Shown: positions 51,096-59,730 of the stretch, one piece after another
Numbering within the stretch: the stretch's first letter is position 1
Layout: each line of letters starts with the position of its first letter
Notes under the pieces: model-generated
The model's database searches: none
The model's input: only the letters and a program-made list of their open reading frames with translations
What the model was told of the DNA's origin: nothing
DNA from: an uncultured Roseicyclus sp.
GTDB lineage: Bacteria; Pseudomonadota; Alphaproteobacteria; Rhodobacterales; Rhodobacteraceae
Direction: 5' to 3'
DNA length: 64,000 nt
Assembly (NCBI GenBank): GCA_964578115.1
Contig: CAZOBK010000005.1
Coordinates: forward strand, 19,637-83,636
Position numbers and translations under genes: made by a program

Positions 51096-51709
51096 ACCGC
51101 GACGCCTTTCACCGCCGTATCATAAGCTTCGACGATCCGGAGCGCCCGGCCCGCGACCTCCGCCACGGACAGGCCCGGCGTGTAGAGTGCCGTCCCGATG
51201 CCGAACCCGTCCGCGCCCGCCGCGATCCAGTCGCCGAAGTTCCCGGCCCCGGCGCCGCCGACGGCGTAGATTTTCGTTCCGTGCGGAAGCACCGCGCGCA
51301 TTGCCTTGAGTCCCTCCGGCCCGGCGAGCGTGGCTGGAAACAGCTTCAGCCCGTCGGCGCCGGCCTTGAGCGCCGCGAAGGCCTCGGTCGGGGTGAAGAT
51401 GCCGGGGAAGGATTGCAGGCCAAGGCGTTTCGTTTCCGCCACCACCGCCGCATCGAAATTCGGCGACACGATCAGGCGCCCGCCCGCATCGGCCACTTCG
51501 CGCACCTCGTCCGGGGCCGTGACGGTGCCCGCGCCGATCAGCGCATGTTCCCCGAAGTCATGGACCATCGCCCCGATGCTCTCCAGCGGATCGGGCGAGT
51601 TCAACGGCACTTCGATCCGGTCGATCCCGGCGGCGATCAGCGCCTCGGCGACGGGGGAGGCCTCGGCCGGTTTCAGCCCACGCAGGATGGCGATGATCGG
51701 ACGGCTCAT
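51092..51709 (-). CDS. dgoA: 2-dehydro-3-deoxy-6-phosphogalactonate aldolase
   Basis: 205 aa. KDPG/KDPGal aldolase family ([10 protein letters not shown]..., [14 protein letters not shown]). Confidence 0.85.
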   Translation of the reverse strand: MSRPIIAILRGLKPAEASPVAEALIAAGIDRIEVPLNSPDPLESIGAMVHDFGEHALIGAGTVTAPDEVREVADAGGRLIVSPNFDAAVVAETKRLGLQSFPGIFTPTEAFAALKAGADGLKLFPATLAGPEGLKAMRAVLPHGTKIYAVGGAGAGNFGDWIAAGADGFGIGTALYTPGLSVAEVAGRALRIVEAYDTAVKGVAV

Positions 51710-52623
51710 GACGCGCTTTCCTTCAGGGTTGATCGCGCACGCATCAGACCCAGCCGCGTTAGCGGGTCGGCGTCGCTGGTTCGGACGGTCACGCCCTGCG
51801 TGGCCAGCGCCATCGCGTAGGATTGCGCCAGTGCCGGCGCGCCCGCGATGACCACGTCCTGACCGAGCCAATAGGGACGCGCGGCGGCCAGTTCGGCGCC
51901 GATCAGATAACCCGAGAGCCGTGCCCGCGCCGTCTGCCCGCTCATCCCCTCGAGCAACTGGCCCGCGCGGATCGAGAACAGCCTTTGCGCCAGCATTTCC
52001 GGTTTCGACAGCGTCTCGGACACGACCTCCCGGAAAGCATCGTCATCGCTGCCGTCCCCGGCGACCGAGTGACGCAGCACGGAGTGCCCGGCCAGCAGGT
52101 CGAACAACTCCCCAGTCATGAAGGTGCGGAAACTCACCACCTCCTCGGCACTGATCTGGACCCATTTCGAATGGGTGCCCGGCATGCAGAGGATCCCGTC
52201 GAAGCCGGGAGCGGCAGCCAGAAACCCGGCGACCTGTGTCTCCTCCCCGCGCATGACATCCGGGGGGCCGCTCTGTTTCAGGCCGGGCAGAATCCACACG
52301 CGCAGGCGGGGATCGTTCGTGGCAACCGGCACCGGAACAAGTTCGGCAGGTTTGGCCGGAACGGATGTATACGGCGCCTCGGCCCAGCCCTGCCGCGAAC
52401 CCACCATGCCGCAGGCCAGAACGTCCATGGTCCCGGCGCCGAGCCACGGCTCGATCAAGGCCAGAAGCGCGGGCTCGAACCCGTCACGACCCAGCCGGCC
52501 CATGCCGTCGTCGGACCGCGCCTCGGCGCGCGGGGTGCCATCGGCGCCCATGGCCCAGGCGCGCAGGTGCGTCGTGCCCCAGTCCACCGCGATCCAGTCG
52601 GCATATCTCGTGTTGCCACTCAT
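51706..52623 (-). CDS. dgoK: 2-dehydro-3-deoxygalactonokinase
   Basis: 305 aa. [14 protein letters not shown]-terminus and [10 protein letters not shown] motif typical of DgoK. ATGA overlaps at both ends. Confidence 0.85.
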   Translation of the reverse strand: MSGNTRYADWIAVDWGTTHLRAWAMGADGTPRAEARSDDGMGRLGRDGFEPALLALIEPWLGAGTMDVLACGMVGSRQGWAEAPYTSVPAKPAELVPVPVATNDPRLRVWILPGLKQSGPPDVMRGEETQVAGFLAAAPGFDGILCMPGTHSKWVQISAEEVVSFRTFMTGELFDLLAGHSVLRHSVAGDGSDDDAFREVVSETLSKPEMLAQRLFSIRAGQLLEGMSGQTARARLSGYLIGAELAAARPYWLGQDVVIAGAPALAQSYAMALATQGVTVRTSDADPLTRLGLMRARSTLKESAS

Positions 52624-53390
52624 CCCGTCACCACGACGCCGCCATCGATGACCAGCGCCTGACCCGTCATCATGCGGCTGGCGGATGAGGCGAGAAACAG
52701 CATGCCGCCGGTGATGTCCCAGGGCTTGAGATGCTCCTTCAGGCACATCCGGTCCATATGCGCAGAAAGGTCTTCGGGGCTTGCCCACATCTCGAGCTGC
52801 TTGTCGGTCAGAACCCATCCCGGCATCAGCGCGTTCACCCGGATCCCGTCGGCCCCGAATTCGCGCGCGAGGCTGCGTGTCATCGCGGTGATCCCGCCAT
52901 TGGCCGTCGTGTAGGACGGGTAGCCCGCGTTCCCCATCATGTAGGAGATCGACGAGGTGTTGATGATCGACCCGCCGCCGGCCGCGCGCATGCCCGCGAC
53001 GACGGCCTGCGCCGCGAAGAAATAGGCCTTGAGGTTGATGGCCTGCGACCAGTCCCAGAATTCCTCCGTCACCTCTTCGGTCGTGTGGCGCTTGTCGTTG
53101 GCGGCATTGTTGACGAGGACGGTAATCGGCCCGTGCGCCTCGGCCGCCGTCGCGATAGCGCCCTGCAGGGTCGGGATATCGGTGATGTCGCAGGGCAGGA
53201 ACAGCGGCCGGTTGCCGGTCAGGCTCGCCATCTCCTCGACGAAGGTCGACGCGTCCGAGCGCTGCACGAAGGCGACCTTCGCACCCTGCCGCAGGAACGC
53301 CTCGGTCAGGGCCGCGCCGATGCCCGAGCCGCCGCCGGTGATGAAGACGGACTGGCCGGCGAGATCCGGGAAGGTCGGATCGGTGCTCAT
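52620..53390 (-). CDS. SDR-family oxidoreductase (candidate galactose 1-dehydrogenase of the De Ley-Doudoroff route)
   Basis: 256 aa. TGGGSGIGAAL cofactor motif and YTTANGG active-site region. Function inferred from operon context. Confidence 0.75.
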   Translation of the reverse strand: MSTDPTFPDLAGQSVFITGGGSGIGAALTEAFLRQGAKVAFVQRSDASTFVEEMASLTGNRPLFLPCDITDIPTLQGAIATAAEAHGPITVLVNNAANDKRHTTEEVTEEFWDWSQAINLKAYFFAAQAVVAGMRAAGGGSIINTSSISYMMGNAGYPSYTTANGGITAMTRSLAREFGADGIRVNALMPGWVLTDKQLEMWASPEDLSAHMDRMCLKEHLKPWDITGGMLFLASSASRMMTGQALVIDGGVVVTG

Positions 53391-54727
53391 GCTGCCCTCC
53401 GGGTTCTGGCGAATTCGGGCAGCATGTCGCCATGCGCCGCCAGCAGGTCGGTGACGAGGCTTCTGATCTGCCGCAGGTCAAGCTCGGCGCCCGTGTGCGG
53501 GTCCATGTAGGCGGCGTGGTAGATATGCTCCACGTTCTCCTCGGTGAGCGCGCGGACAACCAGTTCCTGCACGTTGATCTGCGTGCGCATCAGCGCGACC
53601 AGCTGTGGCGGGATATCCGTGACATTCGTGGGCTGGCAGCCCTGCCCGTCCACCAGCGTCGGCGTCTCGACGGCGGCCCCCACGGGCAGCTGCGGCACCT
53701 GCCCCCGGTTGGGCAGGTTGGCATAGGCGACATAGGGCGTATCGGTGACGATGGCGTTCATCATCTCGGCCGCGAATTCATGCGACTTCTCCACGGCGAT
53801 GCCCGACGCGGCCTTCAGGCCACGCGCCTGCTCCGCCCAGCCTTCGGCCTGCTCGACGCAGCGCAGCGGATATTCGTCGAGCGGGATCTTGAATTCTTCT
53901 ATCAGATCATCGCGCCCGTCCTTGATGAACCAGGGAACGTATTCGGCCAGATGCTCGGAACTCTCGGTGCAGAAATGGCCGAGGTGATCCATCACCTCGT
54001 AGCGGACCTTGTTCCAGCAGCGCGGCATCAGAAGCGGCGGCTTGGGCAGGCGGCCCGCACGGTAGCCTTCCCGCAGCATGGGGTAGAGGTCGCGGCCCTC
54101 GTGCTCCAGCGTCAGAAAGAAGGCCACGTGGTTCACGCCCGCGACGCGATAGCGGATGTCATGCGCGGGCAGGTCGAGATCATGGGCGATCTCTTCCACG
54201 GTGTTCTGTACGGAATGGCAGAGGCCGGCCTGCTTGAGCCTCGGAAACCGCTCCGCCAAGGCCCAGGTGTTGATCGCCATCGGGTTCACGTATTGCAGAA
54301 GCAGCGCGTCGGGGCAGAGCCGCGCCATGTCCTCGGCCACGGCCCAGAGATGCGGGACCGTGCGAAGCCCCCGCATGATCCCGCCCACGCCGAGCGTGTC
54401 GGCGATGGTTTGCCGCAGCCCGTATTGTCTGGGGATGTCGAAATCGATGACAGTCGAGGGACGATAACCGCCGATCTGGAAGGCGGTGACGACGAAATCC
54501 GCGCCGTCGAGCGCGCGGGCGCGGTCGGTCGTCGCCTCCACCGTCGAGCCGGTTCCCATCGCCGAGATCATCTTCTCGGCAACGAGGCGGCTGTCCTCGA
54601 GCCGCCTTGCATCGATATCCATCAGCGCGATCTTTGCATCGCGCAGCGCCTCGAAGTGGAGCATGTCGCCCACGATGTTCTTCATGAAGATCGTGGACCC
54701 GGCCCCGATGAAGGCGAGTTTCGTCAT
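53387..54727 (-). CDS. melA: Glycoside hydrolase family 4 alpha-galactosidase
   Basis: 446 aa. N-terminus MTKLAFIGAGSTIFMKNIVGD resembles E. coli MelA. GLCHS motif of NAD+/Mn2+-dependent GH4 enzymes. Confidence 0.8.
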   Translation of the reverse strand: MTKLAFIGAGSTIFMKNIVGDMLHFEALRDAKIALMDIDARRLEDSRLVAEKMISAMGTGSTVEATTDRARALDGADFVVTAFQIGGYRPSTVIDFDIPRQYGLRQTIADTLGVGGIMRGLRTVPHLWAVAEDMARLCPDALLLQYVNPMAINTWALAERFPRLKQAGLCHSVQNTVEEIAHDLDLPAHDIRYRVAGVNHVAFFLTLEHEGRDLYPMLREGYRAGRLPKPPLLMPRCWNKVRYEVMDHLGHFCTESSEHLAEYVPWFIKDGRDDLIEEFKIPLDEYPLRCVEQAEGWAEQARGLKAASGIAVEKSHEFAAEMMNAIVTDTPYVAYANLPNRGQVPQLPVGAAVETPTLVDGQGCQPTNVTDIPPQLVALMRTQINVQELVVRALTEENVEHIYHAAYMDPHTGAELDLRQIRSLVTDLLAAHGDMLPEFARTRRAA

Positions 54728-55572
54728 TTCACGGCTCCGAGTGTGAGGCCGGCGATGAAGTGCCGCTGCATCAGGAAGAACATCAGCACGGGCGGGATGG
54801 CCGCCACGATCGAGCCCGCGCTCATCAGGTGGTACTGCGCCACGAACTGGCTGTTGAAGGACGTGATCCCCGCCGTCACCGGCTGCGCGTTCGGGCCCTG
54901 CGTGAGCACGATGGCCCAGAAATAGTCGTTCCAGATGAAGGTGAAGATCAGCACGCTCAGCGCCGCGATGGCCGGGCGCATCAGCGGCAGCACCACGTAC
55001 CAGAAGATGCGCCATTCCGCGACACCCTCGACGCGGGCGGCTTCGATCAGCTCATAAGGCAGCGCACGGATGAAGTTGCGCATGAAGAGCGTGCAGAACC
55101 CGGTCTGGAACGCGATATGGAAAAGGACGAGGCCCAGCTTGGTGTCATAAAGGCCAAGGCCCAGCGTCAGGTCGCGCACCGGCACCATCAGGATCTGGAA
55201 GGGCACGAAATTGCCCGCAATGAACATGAAGAAGATCAGCAGGTTGCCGCGGAACCGGTAGATGCCCAGCGCGAACCCCGTCATGCAGGACAGCGCCACG
55301 GCGCCGATCACCGTCGGCACCGTGATCAGAACCGAGTTCAGCAGGTAGCGCGGCATGTCGCTGTCGAAGAAGACGCGGCCATAATTGGCGAAAAGCTCGA
55401 AGCTCGACGGCACTCCCCAGTAGTTCCCGGCGCTGAAATCGGCCAGCGGTCGGATGGAGAACAACATCACGGCGATCAGTGGCAGAAGCCACATGATCAG
55501 CGCCAGAGGCAGGAGCGTCTGGTAAGAAATCTGCGCCGCGCGGCTGCGCTTCTGGATCGGGGTCGGGAACAT
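54724..55572 (-). CDS. Carbohydrate ABC transporter permease (MalG-like)
   Basis: 282 aa, six predicted TM helices, and an EAA loop (ELIEAARVEGVAEWRIFWYVVLPL). Confidence 0.9.
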   Translation of the reverse strand: MFPTPIQKRSRAAQISYQTLLPLALIMWLLPLIAVMLFSIRPLADFSAGNYWGVPSSFELFANYGRVFFDSDMPRYLLNSVLITVPTVIGAVALSCMTGFALGIYRFRGNLLIFFMFIAGNFVPFQILMVPVRDLTLGLGLYDTKLGLVLFHIAFQTGFCTLFMRNFIRALPYELIEAARVEGVAEWRIFWYVVLPLMRPAIAALSVLIFTFIWNDYFWAIVLTQGPNAQPVTAGITSFNSQFVAQYHLMSAGSIVAAIPPVLMFFLMQRHFIAGLTLGAVK

Positions 55573-55614
55573 GTCAGAGCGCCTCCCCGCCCGGTGGTGC
55601 GAGTGCCATCCGTC

Positions 55615-56538
55615 TCATCGCCGCGCCTCCCGTTCGTCGTACCACATCTGCCACAGGAAGTAGCCGATGAAGACCAGCATGATCAGGAACAGCACCACCG
55701 CGATGGCCGAGCCATAGCCCATGCGGAAACCGAACTCGGACAGCGCCTTCTCGAACATGTAGAAGCTGAGCACGCGCGTCGACCCGAAGGGCCCGCCATT
55801 GGTCATGATCGAGATCAGGTCGAAGGATCTGAGCGCGCCGATGATCGTCACCACGAAGGCGATGAAGGTCGCGGGCTTGAGCTGTGGCAGGATCACGTAC
55901 CACAGCATCTTCCAGCCCTTGGCACCATCCAGCCGCCCGGCCTCCACCTGCTCGGGATCGACGGCATTCAGGCCGGTCAGGTACAGGATCATGCAATACG
56001 CCGTCTGCGGCCAGAGACCGGCGGCGATGATGCCATAGGTGGCAAGGTCCGGATCGCCCAGCACATTGACGGGCTCCATTCCCAAGAACGTGAGCAGCCC
56101 GTTCAACAGCCCCTCGCGCGGCAGGTAGAACCATGAGAACACGAGGCCCACCACCACCTGGCTGAGGACGAAGGGAAAGAAGAACATCGACTTGTAGACG
56201 CGGATGCCCATGACCGTCTGGTTGAGGAACAGCGCGATGCCAAGGCCCAAGGGGATCGCCAGCAAATAGAGCGCCAGCCACCGCAGGTTGTTCCAAAGCG
56301 AAATCTCGAAGTTCCGGTCGGTCAGAAGCTCTTCGTAATTCGCCAGCCCGATATAGGTCGCCTCCCCAAGACCGTCCCAGCGGTAGAGCGAGATGTTGAA
56401 GGACTGGAAGATCGGGATGACGACGTAGAGACCGAAGAACAGGAGGCCCGGCAGAAGGAACAGGATCGGTGTCACGATCATTCGGTTGCGCTGCAGCCAA
56501 GTGGGCCCGGCGTAGGTCTCGGATGCGGCGACAGCCAT
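55615..56538 (-). CDS. Carbohydrate ABC transporter permease (MalF-like)
   Basis: 307 aa, with an EAA loop (EQVEAGRLDGAKGWKMLWYVILPQL). GGAGGAGG RBS. Confidence 0.9.
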   Translation of the reverse strand: MAVAASETYAGPTWLQRNRMIVTPILFLLPGLLFFGLYVVIPIFQSFNISLYRWDGLGEATYIGLANYEELLTDRNFEISLWNNLRWLALYLLAIPLGLGIALFLNQTVMGIRVYKSMFFFPFVLSQVVVGLVFSWFYLPREGLLNGLLTFLGMEPVNVLGDPDLATYGIIAAGLWPQTAYCMILYLTGLNAVDPEQVEAGRLDGAKGWKMLWYVILPQLKPATFIAFVVTIIGALRSFDLISIMTNGGPFGSTRVLSFYMFEKALSEFGFRMGYGSAIAVVLFLIMLVFIGYFLWQMWYDEREARR

Positions 56539-56540
56539 TG

Positions 56541-57440
56541 TCAGACCTCCTCCAGCACGGGCTCTTCGGCCGCACCATAGCCCAGAAGATGGGCGTAATC
56601 GCCGAAACGGGCGTCGAGCCCTGCGTCGATGACAGCGTCGGCACCGTTCGATGCGGCGAGCGTCATCGCGGCGGTGCGCGCCTCGATCACGGTGGCGACC
56701 TCGGCCTCCGCATGCCCATGCGCCCTGAGGATGGCGGCAAGGTTCGCGGTGATGTCATTGTCCGACAGCCGCGCGTTGACGCGGCCGGGTGCCGTCAGCG
56801 CGTCGAGCAGACCGGGCTGAGCGGGTGCCGCCGTGTGCAGGACAGGCGCCCCCGGAAGCCGGTGCTCCGCATGATAGTCATAGGCCAGAACGCGACCCGA
56901 CACCGTGGTCCGCAGCCGCGTGATGAAGCGGTCGTAGTCGAAGGTGAAGTACCAGTTCCAGAACTGCGCGCCGCCATTGTGACGACCGCTGAAATGCAGC
57001 CCGCCCGAGCGCATGATTTCGAGATACCCCTGCAGCGGATCGAGATGGATGCCGTGTTTCGTCAGCTCCGAGATATGGGAACGGAACGCCTCGGACGGAC
57101 GGCGCAGCGCGGCGGCCCAGATCACCTCGGTGACGCCGGCGTCCCGCGCCTCCGCCTCCATGGCCAGCGCCTTTTGCGGTACATGCAGGACGTAGTCGAG
57201 TTCCTCGCTGGACAGGATTGCAGTGCGCGCCCCGGCCGCGCGTGCCTCCGCGACATAGACCGAAATCGCGCCGGCCTCGCCGCGCAGCAGGCTCCATGCC
57301 TCGTCGTGATGGGCGGGATACCCGTCATGCACGCGCCAGAACACGCCCGCCGCGCCAAGCGTATCCGCATTGTCGCGGCATAGCGTCTGAAACGCCGTCG
57401 AGGCGGTCTTGTGAAGGCCGATATGCAGAATGAGGCGCAT
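56541..57440 (-). CDS. Hypothetical protein with sulfotransferase-fold-like motifs
   Basis: 299 aa with coding-type codon bias. The N-terminus LILHIGLHKTASTAFQ resembles the 5'-phosphosulfate-binding loop, and ALRRPSEAFRSHISEL resembles the 3'-phosphate-binding R-x-P-x7-S motif. The gene lies between the SBP and permease genes. SD is weak. Confidence 0.6.
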   Translation of the reverse strand: MRLILHIGLHKTASTAFQTLCRDNADTLGAAGVFWRVHDGYPAHHDEAWSLLRGEAGAISVYVAEARAAGARTAILSSEELDYVLHVPQKALAMEAEARDAGVTEVIWAAALRRPSEAFRSHISELTKHGIHLDPLQGYLEIMRSGGLHFSGRHNGGAQFWNWYFTFDYDRFITRLRTTVSGRVLAYDYHAEHRLPGAPVLHTAAPAQPGLLDALTAPGRVNARLSDNDITANLAAILRAHGHAEAEVATVIEARTAAMTLAASNGADAVIDAGLDARFGDYAHLLGYGAAEEPVLEEV

Positions 57441-57479
57441 GTGTCAGGCGGTATCGCTTGATGGTTTTCAAACCGTGAA

Positions 57480-57502
57480 CCCCGCCCGGAAACCGGGCGG
57501 GG
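57480..57502 (-). other. Strong intra-operon stem-loop CCCCGCCCGG-AAA-CCGGGCGGGG after the sugar SBP gene
   Basis: Perfect 10-bp GC stem 18 nt downstream of the SBP stop. There is no clean U-tract, so it is more likely an mRNA-stabilising or attenuating hairpin than a full terminator. Confidence 0.5.
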
Positions 57503-57519
57503 CAGGCCGGCCTTGCCGG

Positions 57520-58776
57520 TTACTGGTAGATGCGCTGACGCGCCGCCTCGAGCCGCTCGAGGATGTCGTCGAGATTGTCGGGGAAGACCATGAATTCCTG
57601 CAGGCCCTCCATGCCGATCGACGCCATCTCCGCCGGGAAATCACGGTCGAAGAACTGCGCTATGCCGCCGGTCGCGTTCTCGCTCAGCATCTCGAAACCC
57701 TGCTGGATGAACTTGTCATCCGCAACCGAGGCATTGGCGTTCACCGGCAGCTGGCCCAGACCGTCGGGCCCGTTGATCTCCGTCTGCACCTCGGGCGATG
57801 TTACATAGGCGAGGAACGCACGCGCGGCCTCCACGTTCTGCGCGCCGGAGGCGACATGGAACGTGTCGGTGGGGGCGTCCTCGCCCATCGCGACGTCGGG
57901 ATTGATGGCGGGGAACTGGTAGAAATCCAGTTGGTCGTCGGTCAGGCCGCCATTGCGGAGCTGATCGACGGCGAAATTGCCCATCAGGTAGGCCGTGGCC
58001 TCACCGTTGATCATGAAGGGCAGCGCCTCCTGCCACGAGTAGGTCTGATGGTCGTCGATGAAGGCGCCCATGTCGATCAACTGACGCCAGTTGCCGAAGG
58101 TTTCGCGCACGCGTTCGTCGGTCCAGGGCACCTCGCCGCGGGCAAGCTGCATGTGGAAGTCGAAGCCGTTGGTCCGCATGTTGAGATAATCGAACCAGCC
58201 GCCAGCGGTCCAAAGGAAGCGCGTGCCGATAGTGTAGCACTTGCGGCCCGAATCGATGATCGCCTGACAGTTCGCGATTTCCTCGTCCCACGTGGCGGGC
58301 TCGCTCAGGCCGAGCTCGTCGAAAATGTCCGCGCGGTAATACATGCCCCACTGGTAGTAGGTGTAGGGGATGCCCCACTGACGCTCGTCCTGGGTCAGCG
58401 CGCCACGCACGGATTCGAGGCCCTCGTAATCGCCGGCCTCCCACCAGTCGGTGATGTCCATGAACAGGCCCGCATCGACGAAGGGGGCCATGCGGTTAGC
58501 GGCGTACCAGTTCACCACGTCCGGCGGATTGGCGGAAAGCGCGTTGCGGATCTGGGTCTTCCACGCCTCGCGGTCGACGATGGTCAGGTCCACGGTCAGG
58601 TCCGGATGCATCGCGTCGAAATCGGTGGCGAGCTGTTCCATGACGGCGCGGGGGCCGGGGTTCGACATGTCCGAGATGATGCGCAACTCGCCGCTGAGGT
58701 CCTGCGCGCTGACGGCGCCGGCGAGCAAGGTTGTGGCGGCCAGCGCTGCGGCGCCGGTCTTGGTGATGGATCGCAT
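57520..58776 (-). CDS. Carbohydrate ABC transporter substrate-binding protein (family 1 solute-binding protein)
   Basis: 418 aa from ATG 58776 (GGGAGGA RBS). Signal peptide MRSITKTGAAALAATTLLAGAVSA. Confidence 0.88.
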   Translation of the reverse strand: MRSITKTGAAALAATTLLAGAVSAQDLSGELRIISDMSNPGPRAVMEQLATDFDAMHPDLTVDLTIVDREAWKTQIRNALSANPPDVVNWYAANRMAPFVDAGLFMDITDWWEAGDYEGLESVRGALTQDERQWGIPYTYYQWGMYYRADIFDELGLSEPATWDEEIANCQAIIDSGRKCYTIGTRFLWTAGGWFDYLNMRTNGFDFHMQLARGEVPWTDERVRETFGNWRQLIDMGAFIDDHQTYSWQEALPFMINGEATAYLMGNFAVDQLRNGGLTDDQLDFYQFPAINPDVAMGEDAPTDTFHVASGAQNVEAARAFLAYVTSPEVQTEINGPDGLGQLPVNANASVADDKFIQQGFEMLSENATGGIAQFFDRDFPAEMASIGMEGLQEFMVFPDNLDDILERLEAARQRIYQ

Positions 58777-58810
58777 GGTGTCCTCCCTGGTGATCCTGGT
58801 CGCGATATTC

Positions 58811-58850
58811 AGTTTCATTATTTGAAACTTGGTTTCTTATATTGAAATCC
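58811..58850. promoter_or_regulatory. Candidate IclR operator region: AGTTTCA-TTATT-TGAAACT plus a degenerate second copy
   Basis: Perfect 7-bp arms at 58811-58829, followed by GGTTTCTTATATTGAAATCC (58831-58850). This is the AT-rich core of the divergent SBP-iclR intergenic region. Confidence 0.55.
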
Positions 58851-58908
58851 TACGCCAACTCTGCCTAGCCTTGTCAACAGCATTTCGAGGGGCGGAGGCG
58901 CAAGGCGC

Positions 58909-59706
58909 GTGACGACGGAACCCAGACAGGCCGGTGATGGGACGGTGGCAAAGGCGCTGACCGTGCTGGACGCCGTGGCCGAACACGGCCGGCCCGTGCG
59001 CTTTTCCGAGCTTCTCGAGGACAGCCCTTATCCCAAGGCCACGCTCTATCGCCTCGTGCAGGTCCTGACGCATCAGGGCATGTTGTCCTTCGACCCCGAA
59101 CGACAGACCTACGCGCCCGGCATCAGGCTCGTGCGGCTGGCCCATGCGGCCTGGCAGGCCTCGTCGCTGGCACCCATCGCGCGCCCGCATCTCGACCAGC
59201 TCAGCCGCGAGACCGGCGAGACCGTGCACCTTGCGCAGCTCGACGGGGGGCAGGTGCTTTACGTGGACAAGCGCAACGCGCGGGAACCGGTCGCGATGTA
59301 TTCCCAGGCCGGCAAGGTCGGGCCCGCCTATTGCACCGGCGTCGGCAAGGCGATGCTGGCCTACCTGCCGGAGGCGGAGGTCGCGCCGGTGCTGCAGCAG
59401 CAGTCGTGGCATGCCTTCACGGCCAAGACGATCACCACGGCAGATGCGATGCGTGGTGAGTTGTCCGAGATCCGCGCCCGCGGCCACGCCTTCGACGACG
59501 AAGAGCACGAGCCCGGCATCATCTGCATCGCGGTGCCGATCCTGACCCGGTCGGGGCGGGTTCTGGGCGCGGTCTCGGTGACGTCGACCAGCGCGCGGAC
59601 CGATCTGGACGGCCTCACGCGGCATCTGGCGGTGTTGCGCAGGTCGGTCTCGGCCATTGCGGGCGAAGCGCAGGACTGGCGCTTCCCCGACCAGGCGGCG
59701 GAATAG
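58909..59706 (+). CDS. IclR-family transcriptional regulator
   Basis: 265 aa. HTH region VAKALTVLDAVAEHGRPVRFSELLEDSPYPKATLYRLVQVL and a C-terminal IclR effector domain. GTG start. Confidence 0.88.
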   Translation: MTTEPRQAGDGTVAKALTVLDAVAEHGRPVRFSELLEDSPYPKATLYRLVQVLTHQGMLSFDPERQTYAPGIRLVRLAHAAWQASSLAPIARPHLDQLSRETGETVHLAQLDGGQVLYVDKRNAREPVAMYSQAGKVGPAYCTGVGKAMLAYLPEAEVAPVLQQQSWHAFTAKTITTADAMRGELSEIRARGHAFDDEEHEPGIICIAVPILTRSGRVLGAVSVTSTSARTDLDGLTRHLAVLRRSVSAIAGEAQDWRFPDQAAE

Positions 59707-59730
59707 GACGAGGCAAGAGAGGGAGCGAAG

